From a virus, in IMG/VR virus record IMGVR_UViG_3300045988_176354: DNA of 14,737 nt, one strand, 5' to 3'. Within the stretch, counting starts at the first letter, position 1, and each line of letters begins with the position of its first letter. The notes beneath the pieces are model-generated. The model was not told the origin of the DNA. It searched no databases and saw nothing but the letters and a program-made list of their open reading frames with translations. The position numbers were made by a program, and so were the translations under genes. Positions 13,635-14,737 of the stretch are shown here, one piece after another.

Positions 13635-14211
13635 TTTTCACCTTGCCCCCTTTTATACGAGAATATTTAGCGGGATAGTCACGGGCAGATTGTTCTTGCT
13701 TTTTGATAAAATCTGTAAACCACTTTTGCAGTTTTGATGCTGAGATTTTTCCTTTAGAAACGCTATTATAAAGCATTGCAATAATTTCTGAGTCTACAAT
13801 TGTATTTTGCGCAATTGTTCTCATGTCTTCCATAAACTCTACAAAAGATGTAAAATTCTGTTGTGTGATAAAATCATAACCGTTTGCATTAAGCTTGGTT
13901 ACCATGTCTTTGCGTTCACGCTTAAAACGAGTGATTGATATATCTTGATTCAAAAAGCGCTTTGCTTCTGCAAGAGCATATACAAGCTGCTGCTTGTTCT
14001 TAATCTGCGCAACGGGTGGTAATTTACCATAGTGCTTGACTTCAGAGAGTTCAGCAAATTCAGATTTTTCAAGTCGCTCTTGACGTTTACGCACAATAGA
14101 GCGTAGTTTGCTGTATTCTTTGCGCAACTCTGCTTCGGTGTGCTTATTAAGATAATACGGGGTATACTCTAAATCTTGCCACGCGTATTGCGTGGGTTTA
14201 CGCTTTGCCAA
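13585..14211 (-). CDS. Putative terminal protein (replication primer protein)
   Basis: The ORF lies immediately upstream of the polymerase gene and overlaps it, as in phi29 gene 3/gene 2 synteny. It is basic, helical and charged (AELRKEYSKLRSIVRKRQERLEKSEF). The preferred start is the TTG at 14211, 8 nt after AGGAAAGGAG; the ORF track starts at a TTG at 14238 with no RBS. I could not verify sequence similarity. Confidence 0.5.
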   Translation of the reverse strand: MAKRKPTQYAWQDLEYTPYYLNKHTEAELRKEYSKLRSIVRKRQERLEKSEFAELSEVKHYGKLPPVAQIKNKQQLVYALAEAKRFLNQDISITRFKRERKDMVTKLNANGYDFITQQNFTSFVEFMEDMRTIAQNTIVDSEIIAMLYNSVSKGKISASKLQKWFTDFIKKQEQSARDYPAKYSRIKGGKVKIESKDLEEWASRLFGG

Positions 14212-14446
14212 ATTCCATGCTCCTTTCCTGCAATGCAAAGGTTAATTTTACGATTTGAGAATCTCGTGCAATAATATTCATATCTTCGATGGTTGCATCA
14301 CGATATACACGGGGCATTGACCGGAATTCTCCAGTCCACATAGGCAATCCACCTTTTTCCGCACTGTATACACTAACCAAAATATCGGGGTTCAGGGTGT
14401 AACACATGCGGTAAAAATCCAAGGGTGTGATGTTGCGTTTTTTCAT
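14198..14446 (-). CDS. Hypothetical small early protein, first gene of the right arm, paralogue of 715-897
   Basis: The ATG at 14446 follows the ITR-borne RBS AGGGAG. 82 aa. LDFYRMC, VSVY and TGEFRSMP align with the left-arm protein. Confidence 0.7.
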   Translation of the reverse strand: MKKRNITPLDFYRMCYTLNPDILVSVYSAEKGGLPMWTGEFRSMPRVYRDATIEDMNIIARDSQIVKLTFALQERSMEFGKA

Positions 14447-14613
14447 TTCAAATTCTCCCTTTCTGTGTCAGTGTGTAGTATAGCGATATGTACCCTTATA
14501 GTACAATTATAGTATAGCACAGAGCGCCCCCTCGGGTACATGGACTATATAACCATACTATGCACAATTGTGTCATTGTTATAACTAAGAATTGTTACTA
14601 GATACACCAGCAT
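14447..14613. repeat. Right ITR, imperfect inner extension
   Basis: Its reverse complement aligns with 125-295, with indels and substitutions. Confidence 0.85.
14511..14541 (-). promoter_or_regulatory. Right early promoter (mirror copy of the left one)
   Basis: The reverse complement of 14511-14519 is TGCTATACT (extended -10). The TGTACC -35-like element has an 18-bp spacer here, one extra G compared with the left copy. Confidence 0.55.
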
Positions 14614-14737
14614 GCACTCCCCTGCCCTGCTTGCAGGTGTACCTACACTGCGGACATGTGTTTGCAGTACATGTACAAGCAACTGTTCAGAAATCTGTAA
14701 CGGTGGGAACCGGAATATTACAGAATTCTGTACTACT
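14614..14737. repeat. Right inverted terminal repeat, perfect portion
   Basis: It is the exact reverse complement of 1-124. Confidence 0.95.

Larger units (their letters stand above)
1..14737. mobile_element. Complete linear genome of a small phi29-like (Picovirinae-type) podophage with protein-primed replication
   Basis: The window starts and ends exactly with inverted terminal repeats. It encodes a protein-primed type-B DNA polymerase, a putative terminal protein just upstream of it, a gp16-like packaging ATPase, a gp10-like connector, a gp9-like tail knob and a capsid/scaffold module. The two gene arms are transcribed inward from the ends. Confidence 0.8.

Noticed and set aside
1-14737. 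Lysogeny module, tRNA genes, or defence / anti-CRISPR loci with recognisable signatures
   Set aside because: I found no integrase, recombinase, repressor-like HTH protein or cloverleaf-forming segment in either strand. Absence is judged by eye only and should be confirmed with HMM searches and tRNAscan.

Overview
The window appears to be a complete linear dsDNA genome (14,737 bp) of a very small phi29-like podophage that replicates by protein priming. It is bounded by inverted terminal repeats: 124 bp are perfect, and imperfect homology continues to about 295 bp. Genes run inward from both ends. The left arm (+ strand) has a few tiny early ORFs, then a near-consensus promoter followed by a structured ~80-nt RNA element. 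After that comes a tightly packed late operon: YvrJ-like membrane peptide, scaffold, major capsid protein, gp9-like tail knob, M23 peptidase, gp10-like connector, putative lower collar, fibre or appendage proteins, and a beta-helix tailspike. The right arm (- strand) encodes a small early protein, a putative terminal protein, a family-B protein-primed DNA polymerase, an SSB-sized protein and a phi29 gp16-like packaging ATPase. The two arms converge on a shared hairpin terminator near 9.93 kb. I found no integrase, repressor, tRNA, rRNA or CRISPR array. The most interesting signal is the promoter-driven RNA at 931-1013. It folds into a three-way junction with paired 5' and 3' ends, and a bulge loop is complementary to a hairpin loop, in the same order of elements as phi29 prohead RNA (pRNA) but at miniature size. 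Other points worth a second look are the AGTAGTA terminal reiteration, which suggests jumping-back initiation; early expression signals duplicated inside the ITRs; small paralogues on both arms; an Ala-heptad fibre paralogue pair sharing an N-terminal motif with the tailspike; and the absence of a canonical lysis cassette. All protein assignments rest on motifs and remembered family sequences, not on database searches.
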